Source: a virus
Taxonomy: Duplodnaviria > Caudoviricetes
DNA length: 64,000 bases
IMG/VR virus record: IMGVR_UViG_3300028559_000038
Location: 1,688 to 65,687 of that record
Direction: 5' to 3' (one strand)
Positions 50,663 through 58,580 of this stretch are shown here, piece after piece (the first letter of the stretch is position 1; each line of letters opens with the position of its first letter). The position numbers and the translations under genes are program-made. The notes beneath the pieces were generated by a model that was not told the DNA's origin, did not search any database, and saw only the letters and a list, made by a program, of their open reading frames with translations.

Positions 50663-51350
50663 GCTCCACCTTTACGTAAGGGGCAAGATAAACTTTGCCA
50701 CCGCTTTCTTTCCAAAGTTTACAGAAATAATAATCTTCAGATAAAAGTCTTTCGTTGTCTTCGTCTACAATTGCTTGCCAAAAATCATAAATAGGATCTC
50801 CAAATTTAATGTTTCCTATTTGGGTTTGATCACAGCGATATTGTCTAACATTTTTTTTAATTGTTTCAAAAACATTTCTAGAAATTAACATTAAGCCAGT
50901 TCCTATATAATCAACCTCTACTAAAAGATTTGGGTTTTCTTTTAATTTTACTTTTTGATCTGGGCTTATGTTTACGTTATAAATTGCTGTATGTTTTTCT
51001 AAATTTGGCTCGTCGTTTTTTGCTGCTGCTCTAACACGATCCCAATTAATTCCTTTCATTGGAACGGGGGCTGCAACCAAATCTACGCCCTCATTAACCA
51101 TTCTTAAAACACCTACAGAGTCAAAACCTTCATCCGCATCAATAAACAACAAGTAATCACTATTTGTTCTTAAAAAGGTTTCTGTTAATACGTTTCTGGC
51201 TCTTGTAATTAAAGACTCATTTGCAATGTCTATAAAGTTTGCTGAATGCCCAGCGTCTGACAAAGTTTTTATTAACACTAACATACTCTTCATGTATACC
51301 CCAGTACACATTCCACCATACATCGGTGTTGCAATTGTAATATGTGCCAT
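50637..51350 (-). CDS. GT-A fold glycosyltransferase-like protein
   Basis: IATPMYGG, ESLITRARN, LFIDAD, GTGLMLI, SEDYYFC, HVG. Confidence 0.75.
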   Translation of the reverse strand: MAHITIATPMYGGMCTGVYMKSMLVLIKTLSDAGHSANFIDIANESLITRARNVLTETFLRTNSDYLLFIDADEGFDSVGVLRMVNEGVDLVAAPVPMKGINWDRVRAAAKNDEPNLEKHTAIYNVNISPDQKVKLKENPNLLVEVDYIGTGLMLISRNVFETIKKNVRQYRCDQTQIGNIKFGDPIYDFWQAIVDEDNERLLSEDYYFCKLWKESGGKVYLAPYVKVEHVGTYWFK

Positions 51351-51361
51351 ACACTTCCTAT

Positions 51362-51562
51362 CTATAAGATGTAGTTACTGTATCCGATTACTTGCAGTGG
51401 AATTGGAGGTGGGTTTCCTACCCCAAATCCCTCAACACCAATGCTTGTAAAACGAACTCTAAAAGGTAATACTTCATTTATTAAAACAATACTTGGGTAA
51501 TTTGCTAACTTGATTTTTTTTGTTTTTACGGGTGTTTTGTTTTTTAATACTGCAGCGGACAT
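51362..51562 (-). CDS. small hypothetical virion-associated protein
   Basis: TAATG coupling to the upstream gene. Confidence 0.55.
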   Translation of the reverse strand: MSAAVLKNKTPVKTKKIKLANYPSIVLINEVLPFRVRFTSIGVEGFGVGNPPPIPLQVIGYSNYIL

Positions 51563-51972
51563 TAGTCTGTGACATCCTCAAGGACAACTAAACTTCCTTG
51601 AGCGACAGTCCAAACTTGAACACTTCCTGCAGAAGACAACTGTATATCAAAAATATCTCCAGTTCGCAAGGATACTGATTCTGCTGCAGTTAAGGAAACA
51701 GTAAACTCACCTGGCAAGTCATCTGCATCACGAATTGGTGTTAATGCCATAATTGTTACGGCATCATCTGTAATTTTTCCTAAATTTGCTGCAAGGTTTG
51801 GGCGTTTAATCTTCATTGCAATTGTCCAGTCTGCAATAGTTAATGGACTTTTTGCATCATCAGTCACATAAACTTTAAATGCCGATGTGTCTCCTTTTAC
51901 AAAAGTCCAAACCACTGTTGGTGGTTTTTCTCCAACATCATATTCTTTATTTCTGCTTCTTGTTGTTGCCAT
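51562..51972 (-). CDS. BppU-N-like structural protein, paralog A
   Basis: VKGDT...FDIQL...GSLVVLEDVT. Confidence 0.55.
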   Translation of the reverse strand: MATTRSRNKEYDVGEKPPTVVWTFVKGDTSAFKVYVTDDAKSPLTIADWTIAMKIKRPNLAANLGKITDDAVTIMALTPIRDADDLPGEFTVSLTAAESVSLRTGDIFDIQLSSAGSVQVWTVAQGSLVVLEDVTD

Positions 51973-51988
51973 GATTTAATTATAACAC

Positions 51989-52519
51989 TTAAAGTCCGTT
52001 TTTAACAGCACCCCAGGTGGCATTTCCTCCTTTAATTGGCGAAACTAATATTTTTCCACTTGTTGCATGTGCATATGCAACTACAGCAATGACGGAAGAC
52101 CCAGATGATGGCTTAGTAATGGTTAACCCACCAGATGCACCTACATAAAGTTTATCTCCCTCATCATATGCGGACGTATTAACATTTTCTAATAGTCCAA
52201 CAGTAACCACAATTCCATCATTTGCATTTTGCATTGTAGCCTTGGCCAAACCAATGCACGGAAATGTGCTAATATCACTTGCTTGAGATTTTGCAATGGT
52301 AGTTCTGCTGTTTGCGTATCCTGTTATATATACGGGGGTTCCTTTTGTTATTTCTGCCCCGCTAACATTTCTTACGTCTAGAGACAGGTATGGAACCTGC
52401 AGCGCAGTTAATATATCATTAACTTTTTCTGCCAGTTCCTGCATATCAGAGTGAACATTAACAGGATCATCTGATAACGGATATGGTATTTCTTGAGGAT
52501 TAGTTAAACCAGTAGCCAT
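51989..52519 (-). CDS. virion structural protein
   Basis: IPYPLSDDPVNV, ITKGTPVYI, GDKLYVGASGGLT. Confidence 0.55.
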   Translation of the reverse strand: MATGLTNPQEIPYPLSDDPVNVHSDMQELAEKVNDILTALQVPYLSLDVRNVSGAEITKGTPVYITGYANSRTTIAKSQASDISTFPCIGLAKATMQNANDGIVVTVGLLENVNTSAYDEGDKLYVGASGGLTITKPSSGSSVIAVVAYAHATSGKILVSPIKGGNATWGAVKNGL

Positions 52520-52552
52520 GATTTTACATTATACCATTAAAAATATACCTAC

Positions 52553-52610
52553 TTGACTTTTGATTACCTCTTTTGGTATAATTAATGTATTGACACCGAA
52601 AGGTGTCAAT
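52553..52610 (+). promoter_or_regulatory. sigma70-type promoter followed by a GAAA-tetraloop hairpin
   Basis: TTGACT(52553)-N18-TATAAT(52577) with TG extension; ATTGACACC-GAAA-GGTGTCAAT at 52589-52610. Confidence 0.7.
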
Positions 52611-52631
52611 TTGTTTCTAGGAGGTATTACC

Positions 52632-53174
52632 TTGAAAGAAAATATAGCAGTTTTTTGTTTGGCAGTTTTGTTGGCAGTTTCTACTGTTTTTAATGCTAGT
52701 AATGCTCAAGCAATAAAACAGCAAGAAATGATAAAAAATATATCTATACCAAAGTTATTGAAGAAGTCGGATCATATGAAAGTTCTTGAAAAATATAGCG
52801 AGGCAGAATCTTTAAATCAAAAGCAGTGTAAAGAATTGCTATCTGCAGTTGGGTTTGAGGGCAAGGCTTTAAAAATGGCTTGGACCGTAGCGCAAAAAGA
52901 GTCAAATTGTAGACCAAAGGCCATAAACAATAATACAAAAACTGGAGATAACTCCTATGGCATATTTCAAATTAACATGATTGGTGATCTTGGAGAGGCT
53001 AGGCTAGAAAAGTTTAATTTAGAGTTTAAAAAAGAACTTTTAGATCCTGTGACTAATGCGAAAATTGCCTACCATATGAGTAAACAAGGTAAGGATTGGT
53101 CATCTTGGACATATTTAGACGGGGAAAGATTTAAAGAGTTGTGGCTAGAGTTTCCTGATTCTAAAAGTAAGTAA
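52632..53174 (+). CDS. secreted lysozyme-like/SLT transglycosylase
   Basis: AGGAGG RBS then TTG at 52632; signal peptide ending AQA; KES...SYGIFQIN...DPVTNAKIA...WSSW. Confidence 0.8.
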   Translation: MKENIAVFCLAVLLAVSTVFNASNAQAIKQQEMIKNISIPKLLKKSDHMKVLEKYSEAESLNQKQCKELLSAVGFEGKALKMAWTVAQKESNCRPKAINNNTKTGDNSYGIFQINMIGDLGEARLEKFNLEFKKELLDPVTNAKIAYHMSKQGKDWSSWTYLDGERFKELWLEFPDSKSK

Positions 53175-53775
53175 CTGCAACATACTTAGTTCCAGAGGTT
53201 ACTGGTAAGTGTTTATGCTTATATTCTTCAGTAGAAGGATAAATTAAAACCCCTCCTTTAGCAATTTTAATTAAATCGTTACCGACTCTATTTTCAAATT
53301 GAACCTCTCCACCAGTGTAATTATCGTTTAAAAAAACAATAACTGTATAATTATTTTGTATTTCATTTCTGCTCACATCAGAGTAAAAATTATCGGTATT
53401 TAAGTCTTCGCAAATAGACCATTTTTTTATTTCTGTAATCTCTAAGTCAAATCTACGTATATATTCAACAATGAATGGCAAAATATTTTGGTTTAATAAA
53501 TTTCTTAATTTACCTTTTTCTTTTCCTCCATTATCAAAAATATTATTATTGGATTTACGCCACCAATTAAATAAATTGTCAAAGTTAGGTAAATAAAAAA
53601 TTTTATTGTTTAAAGTTAAATCGGTATCTTGATTATTTTTGTTGGAAGACAACTCCCAAACATTTCTGTTTATTGTTTTGTTACACAAATTTTCTATCAA
53701 TGATACGTAATCTGTTTCCTTGTTTTCATAATACAAAACAATTTTATCGTCTAATGTTGTTATGTTATCTACCAA
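53161..53775 (-). CDS. prolyl-4-hydroxylase-like 2OG-Fe(II) oxygenase (proximal His not evident)
   Basis: VFLNDNYTGGEVQF, GVLIYPS...YKH...PVTSGTKY. Confidence 0.7.
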   Translation of the reverse strand: MVDNITTLDDKIVLYYENKETDYVSLIENLCNKTINRNVWELSSNKNNQDTDLTLNNKIFYLPNFDNLFNWWRKSNNNIFDNGGKEKGKLRNLLNQNILPFIVEYIRRFDLEITEIKKWSICEDLNTDNFYSDVSRNEIQNNYTVIVFLNDNYTGGEVQFENRVGNDLIKIAKGGVLIYPSTEEYKHKHLPVTSGTKYVAVTYF

Positions 53776-54347
53776 GAAGAATCGCCTCCAGCAAATAAAA
53801 TAAAGTTTTCTGTAAAATAAAAATGTCCGCCCACGATATTTATTGAAAACGAATTACTTTCTAACAACTCTTCTGTACTATCAAAATCTTGATAATCAAA
53901 TATTTTGAACTCTTCCAAATCAAGTGTTGAAAAATCTTTTTTTAATTTTACAATTTTTATATTAGTTAAACCTTTAATATGTGGAACAGTCCAAGATTTA
54001 TAAAAATCTAAAATTGGAGGATTCTCTTTTGAAAAAACTTTTCCTTCTGACATTGCTGTTGCAATGTATTGCCCATGATGAACAAATTGATTTCCCATTT
54101 TTACAAATTTTCCTCTAGATTCTTTGTCTAGATAAACTGAGTATACAGTTGCTTCGCTTAATTGAAAATTGTCTACTTGTTTTTTTTCTTTAATATATTT
54201 TTCATAAAAATCTATAGAGTCTTTTATGTCTTCATCTAAAATTTTTAAAGAAAGAACTTTATCTCCAACTTTTAAATCTTCAGCGTTCACTAAAGTTTTA
54301 TTAGATAAATAAATTTTTTCACTAAGTGGAATTGCTCCTAAAAACAT
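53769..54347 (-). CDS. stand-alone Hint (intein/hedgehog)-like domain, degenerate
   Basis: AIPLSEKIYLSNKTLVNAEDLKVGDKVLS (block A-like) and FSINIVGGHFYFTENFIL (block F/G-like); Cys1 and terminal HN absent. Confidence 0.6.
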   Translation of the reverse strand: MFLGAIPLSEKIYLSNKTLVNAEDLKVGDKVLSLKILDEDIKDSIDFYEKYIKEKKQVDNFQLSEATVYSVYLDKESRGKFVKMGNQFVHHGQYIATAMSEGKVFSKENPPILDFYKSWTVPHIKGLTNIKIVKLKKDFSTLDLEEFKIFDYQDFDSTEELLESNSFSINIVGGHFYFTENFILFAGGDSSW

Positions 54348-54357
54348 TTTTTATCTC

Positions 54358-54693
54358 CTATCTAAATGGTGGAGAAAAAATAAATGCTGGGGTAAATGAA
54401 AATACAGGAGTAAATCCAAATGGGGTAAATCCAAACGCTCCAAATGGGGCAAATGAAAAAACATTGTTTACTAAGTTTACGGTAGTCCCTAGGGCTGCTG
54501 AATCTCCTGCTGCAATGCTTTGAGTTTTGATAGTATTATTTAGTGCACTATCTGCTGTATTTTCGTTTGTTGTTACAAAGTTAAATCCTGCACTTGATAG
54601 ATTTGATTCTGCCGTTGATTTTGACAAACCAACTACATTTGGAATTGTGTTCCTTCTAAATATTTTATTTCCACGTCCAGGGTTTTTTGCCAT
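54358..54693 (-). CDS. PASTA-domain protein with a C-terminal PFG/FTP repeat tail
   Basis: IPNVVGLSKSTAESNLSSAGF...QSIAAG...VNLV; tail FSFAPFGAFGFTPFGFTPVFSFTPAFIFSPPFR; start at the TAATG overlap, 54693. Confidence 0.8.
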   Translation of the reverse strand: MAKNPGRGNKIFRRNTIPNVVGLSKSTAESNLSSAGFNFVTTNENTADSALNNTIKTQSIAAGDSAALGTTVNLVNNVFSFAPFGAFGFTPFGFTPVFSFTPAFIFSPPFR

Positions 54694-55313
54694 TATGCAG
54701 TCAAATCTCCCATTGCTAACCAAGTGTTTGTATCACGCTTGATTAATGTTGCACTAGACCATCTTGTTCTTAATTTTAATCCAGGAGTTGAATCCACAGT
54801 GACTCCTTCTGCGCCAACTAAAGTTACTTGAGAGGTACCAGTCTGAAGCACATCTATAGCAGTTCCAATCGGGAAAGCCACTGAACTATTGAGTGGAATA
54901 GTTAAATTTCCACCAGAAGACATCTCAATCATTTTAAAAGAGTCTGAAATAGTTAATGTATAAGAAGATGATTGCTGATTAAATGTATATACTGGATCTG
55001 TTATAGACTGCCAAACGGATCCATCAAAAAATTGAAAATCATTAATTGTGTTTCCAACAGAGTCTTGTTTTATAAAAATTAAAGTTCCATATACTGGAGA
55101 TGGTATTGCTGCTGTGACTGCAGATGGATTTAAAAATATATTAAAATTTTTAGATATAGTCGTAGATGATAAAGTAACTGGATTATCAAATGTTTGTGCT
55201 GCTGTCCAAGTGTATGCTGAAGCGGTATTTACATCTCCTGCAATTCTATACCATTGATTGGTTCCTTCATCATAAACATATGCTGGCCTTGAAGTGGAAT
55301 TAATCGCTGCCAT
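54693..55313 (-). CDS. virion fibre protein with a C-terminal GDLTA domain
   Basis: C-domain TIPLNSSVAFPIGT...TPGLKLRTRWSSATL...GDLTA closely similar to that of 45728..47155. Confidence 0.75.
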   Translation of the reverse strand: MAAINSTSRPAYVYDEGTNQWYRIAGDVNTASAYTWTAAQTFDNPVTLSSTTISKNFNIFLNPSAVTAAIPSPVYGTLIFIKQDSVGNTINDFQFFDGSVWQSITDPVYTFNQQSSSYTLTISDSFKMIEMSSGGNLTIPLNSSVAFPIGTAIDVLQTGTSQVTLVGAEGVTVDSTPGLKLRTRWSSATLIKRDTNTWLAMGDLTA

Positions 55314-55756
55314 TAGTTCACCCGAATAAATGCGCTAGTGTTAGAATCATATACATACATTTCTAGGGGAGATGTTCCCTTTTTTACCCAGATTAATCCA
55401 TCTATAAGGTTTGATGTTGGCGTTGCATTTTGATAAATAGATGTTGCAGATGCTGGAGAACCAGTTGCTAAAACGTTTGACTGCACCCATAAAAATCCGT
55501 CTACAGGTGATGTTGGCTCTGCATCTTGAACCTCTGCTGCTGCTGCTGGATTTAATAAATTGTCATCAATTTGTGTTTGTAGATCATGAAGAGAGTATGC
55601 CAAAGATGGATTTGTTAATAATGCTGTGTTTGTATTGTTAACGTCATATAAACTAGATCCGTAATGATATAGTCTTAATGCTGCCTGAATGTCTGCAGAA
55701 TCATCATAACCAGGAATTTTGGTTGGATATACGTTACCAATGTTTTCAGAAGCCAT
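55313..55756 (-). CDS. virion structural protein
   Basis: ADIQAALRLYHYG; two PT...DGxxWV repeats. Confidence 0.55.
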   Translation of the reverse strand: MASENIGNVYPTKIPGYDDSADIQAALRLYHYGSSLYDVNNTNTALLTNPSLAYSLHDLQTQIDDNLLNPAAAAEVQDAEPTSPVDGFLWVQSNVLATGSPASATSIYQNATPTSNLIDGLIWVKKGTSPLEMYVYDSNTSAFIRVN

Positions 55757-55780
55757 TACTCACCACCTTTGCTCATTATA

Positions 55781-56383
55781 TCATGACTCCTCGGTTTGTA
55801 ACTGAGTGATAGTAATTGAAAGATGAACAGTTACGGTTCCAGACAAATTAATCCAAGTCCCAGAATCTAATTCCGCAGCCTTTAAAGAAATTGAAAGTGT
55901 ATCACTACTGGCTCCGGTAATAGACACCGCAGTTATAGATGCAGCAACTGGATTTTGATATCCAACAGAAAAGTTTATTAAAAAATTTTCTTCAGTAAGA
56001 ATTGATTGGCTATTCTGAACTATATCTGCAATTGGAATTAAAATTGTAGATGTTCCGCTTACAAAAGTTTTTTCAATAAGTCTAGAATAAATTGTTGGAT
56101 TTAAATTTAAGACTGGGAACCAAGTGTTAGATCCTGGAGCAGATATATATTGATACATATATGAGTATTCAGAACCAATAGCGTTGTTAATGTATAGATC
56201 ACCAGCAATAATTTCTTGATTAAAAATTGTTTCTTGAACTGTAAATGCATTTGGCTCACCAGTGCCAACAAAAACTTTATTTCCACGAATTCCTGTTGCT
56301 CCAATATCTAGTTGAACATTTACAACTGGAGGAGAACCTAAGACAGTTACATCTTCTGTATTTACTAAAACATCTACCGCCAT
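55781..56383 (-). CDS. virion structural protein
   Basis: GATGIRG...GTGEP...GDLYIN collar-like motif. Confidence 0.55.
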   Translation of the reverse strand: MAVDVLVNTEDVTVLGSPPVVNVQLDIGATGIRGNKVFVGTGEPNAFTVQETIFNQEIIAGDLYINNAIGSEYSYMYQYISAPGSNTWFPVLNLNPTIYSRLIEKTFVSGTSTILIPIADIVQNSQSILTEENFLINFSVGYQNPVAASITAVSITGASSDTLSISLKAAELDSGTWINLSGTVTVHLSITITQLQTEES

Positions 56384-56733
56384 TAAACTGCTCCGGTTAT
56401 ATCATCTGTTACAGTAACAGTTCCAGTTATAATGGTAATTATGTTTGTGGCACTAGAACTGATTTGAACGTCATATACATATGTTCCTGCTGCTAAAGTT
56501 CTACCCACCGCTGGTAAAATTGTACAAACTATAGTATCGTTGGTTGTATTAATAATTGCCTGTGCTGTAGTTTTTACTCCAGTAGTTCCTCGTGCTGTAG
56601 CAATTGTGTAAGCACCGTTTCCAAGATAAGAGTCTAAACTAAATGCCGTTCCATCAGAATTTTTAGGGGACACAACAAACTCATGAGTATCTCCACGATA
56701 GTAATTAAAATTATAAGTACCTGGAAAAGCCAT
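56383..56733 (-). CDS. BppU-N-like structural protein, paralog B
   Basis: Start MAFPGTYN after AGGAGA; RGDT...GTYVYDVQI...GTVTVTDDIT. Confidence 0.65.
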   Translation of the reverse strand: MAFPGTYNFNYYRGDTHEFVVSPKNSDGTAFSLDSYLGNGAYTIATARGTTGVKTTAQAIINTTNDTIVCTILPAVGRTLAAGTYVYDVQISSSATNIITIITGTVTVTDDITGAV

Positions 56734-56748
56734 AAGTCTCCTTTTTTC

Positions 56749-56819
56749 CTTTGGGTGCGGGAATCGAACCAGCGTTACCCGCTTCGGAGGCGGGGGTCCG
56801 ACCATTAGACGAACCCAAA
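56749..56819 (-). tRNA. tRNA with CCG anticodon (nominally Arg); CCA not encoded
   Basis: Acceptor TTTGGGT/ACCCAAA, D stem GTCT/GGAC, anticodon arm CCCGC-CTCCGAA-GCGGG, T loop TTCGATT; TGGTATAAT upstream at 56829-56837. Confidence 0.85.
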
Positions 56820-56837
56820 ACTATTATTATTATACCA

Positions 56838-57557
56838 TTAAGAAACAGAAACTGTTATGCTTTTTAAAATCAATTCAGCAGGAAAATCTGTTCTAATTTG
56901 TGGTTTGGCGTAGGATTTAAAATCTTTATCCTCTAAATAAAATGTTTGACTAATAGAAAAATCATACACATTTTGATACTTTAGACTTCCAACAAAATTA
57001 GAATGACCTACATTATTTTTTGTAAACAATGTCCGAATCCAAATGTCTGTGTTGCTAGACTGAGTAGATATCTCTACTTCATACAGTACATCAATTTTAG
57101 CCCCTACATTTAAACTTAGAAAATTTAAAGCCCTTATATCATTTCCCCACAAACTACCACTATCTTTTGGCAAAAAATTATTCACATCATTCTTGCTATT
57201 AAGATATAAAGAAACCCAACCGCTATCCCCTTCTGTAATACCAAGAATAAAAGGTTTGATATCGCTATTATAATATTTGCCCCATCCAGGTGTTTGTCCA
57301 GAAGCAGATATGCCATCTATTCCTGGTTTTCCACGATCTCCTCTTGCTCCGTTTACTCCAGGATCCCCTTTTGGTCCCTGCTCTCCAGTGTCACCTTTTT
57401 CACCTTTTAATCCCTGAGGTCCTTGAGGTCCTGGCGTTGGTATATGTATTGCTTGAACAATTTGTGGCTCAGGGTTATTACTTTGTGCTTGAATTACTTG
57501 CTCAATATACTTATCTTTGGTATTAAACGGAGTTGATATATTTTTACTTACAGCCAC
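56838..57557 (-). CDS. collagen-like virion protein
   Basis: GPQGPQGLKGEKGDTGEQGPKGDPGVNGARGDRGKPGIDG Gly-X-Y run. Confidence 0.8.
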   Translation of the reverse strand: MAVSKNISTPFNTKDKYIEQVIQAQSNNPEPQIVQAIHIPTPGPQGPQGLKGEKGDTGEQGPKGDPGVNGARGDRGKPGIDGISASGQTPGWGKYYNSDIKPFILGITEGDSGWVSLYLNSKNDVNNFLPKDSGSLWGNDIRALNFLSLNVGAKIDVLYEVEISTQSSNTDIWIRTLFTKNNVGHSNFVGSLKYQNVYDFSISQTFYLEDKDFKSYAKPQIRTDFPAELILKSITVSVS

Positions 57558-57566
57558 AATACACTC

Positions 57567-57665
57567 CTATTTTTTTATTTTTATTGTTTTGGTTGTTCCA
57601 GAAGCAATTATTCTAATAACGTCTGGCAAGTTTGTTTTTACGTTGCTAACTTTAATGACTGCCAT
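57567..57665 (-). CDS. 32-aa basic hypothetical protein
   Basis: MAVIKVSNVKTNLPDVIRIIASGTTKTIKIKK; TAATG coupling. Confidence 0.5.
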   Translation of the reverse strand: MAVIKVSNVKTNLPDVIRIIASGTTKTIKIKK

Positions 57666-58042
57666 TACAAACCTACACTCACATCGCCAAAAACAGATAT
57701 AGTTCCAAGAATAGGCGTCCAAATTGTTTCATCTATGTTAATCTGTAAATCAAAAGATAATTCAGCAACTACTCCACCATATGTAGTTCCCCAAAACGAT
57801 GTAGTTTCGGCGGGAGCGGTAATTACAATATAGCCATCAAAAGCCTCTACCTCTAACTCATCTATAATATCTGTTTTACGATCATATGCGCTTGCAACGA
57901 ATTCCCAGTCGTCAATATCCAAATATGTGGTTTCGTCGTCATTTAAAAAATCAACCCTTACTGTGGAGGTATCCCCTCGGACCACACTCCATCGTATAGT
58001 AACGGGGTCAGCCCCAAAAATCTCAGGTTCACAGGAAGACAT
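57665..58042 (-). CDS. BppU-N-like structural protein, paralog C
   Basis: VRGDT...FDLQI...GTISVFGDV. Confidence 0.55.
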   Translation of the reverse strand: MSSCEPEIFGADPVTIRWSVVRGDTSTVRVDFLNDDETTYLDIDDWEFVASAYDRKTDIIDELEVEAFDGYIVITAPAETTSFWGTTYGGVVAELSFDLQINIDETIWTPILGTISVFGDVSVGL

Positions 58043-58270
58043 AACAAGATTATACCATTAAATATATAAAATGTCACCTCTGATTTTAATGTCCCCAAGG
58101 GTCAAAACAATGATTATGTTAAGATTGAAAAATATAACAATTTTATAAAGTTTTTAAAATTTGTCTCAATATTTAAGATTGATCCCCACGATCTAAATTT
58201 TATAGTGTATACTTAAAAATATATAAGAAAAAAGAACACCTTTAAACCTTTAATATATTATATATATAGA

Positions 58271-58525
58271 CTATTTTTTATTTGCTATGTAATTTAACAA
58301 TATCTCGTACATTTTATCTAACTTAATTTCTATTTTTTTATTGTCTGAGTCCACTTCATTAACCTGAACTTCTAGTTTTGAGATTTGGTCCTTTATCGAT
58401 GTTCCAGAATTTGGTTTAAGTTCGTTTAAATAATGTTTTACTAACCACTTGATTGTAAGAACAATTCCTGATATAATTGTGAATACAGAAATTATAAGTG
58501 CTGTTGTGGTAGAGGCTAATTCCAT
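58271..58525 (-). CDS. small membrane protein, holin-like
   Basis: One N-terminal TM, ELKPNSGTSIKD, coiled-coil tail. Confidence 0.5.
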   Translation of the reverse strand: MELASTTTALIISVFTIISGIVLTIKWLVKHYLNELKPNSGTSIKDQISKLEVQVNEVDSDNKKIEIKLDKMYEILLNYIANKK

Positions 58526-58580
58526 AATAGATTAATTATAACATTTTTTTAAGGAGAAATTAAAAATTAACAACGCTATC

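Noticed and set aside
54340-54360. Stop readthrough fusing the PASTA tail to the Hint-like ORF
   Set aside because: The ATG is 10 nt after the TAG, so out of frame; readthrough hits a stop after 11 codons; the downstream gene has its own SD
56734-56805. N-terminal extension MVGPPPPKR of ORF 56383..56805
   Set aside because: Overlaps the tRNA; the real start is 56733 with an AGGAGA RBS
919-57526. Many plus-strand ORFs in the track (e.g. 919..1239, 12475..12951, 24769..25338, 32202..32552)
   Set aside because: Antisense shadows of well-supported minus-strand genes with no motifs or RBS; only the lysozyme-like gene at 52632 was kept
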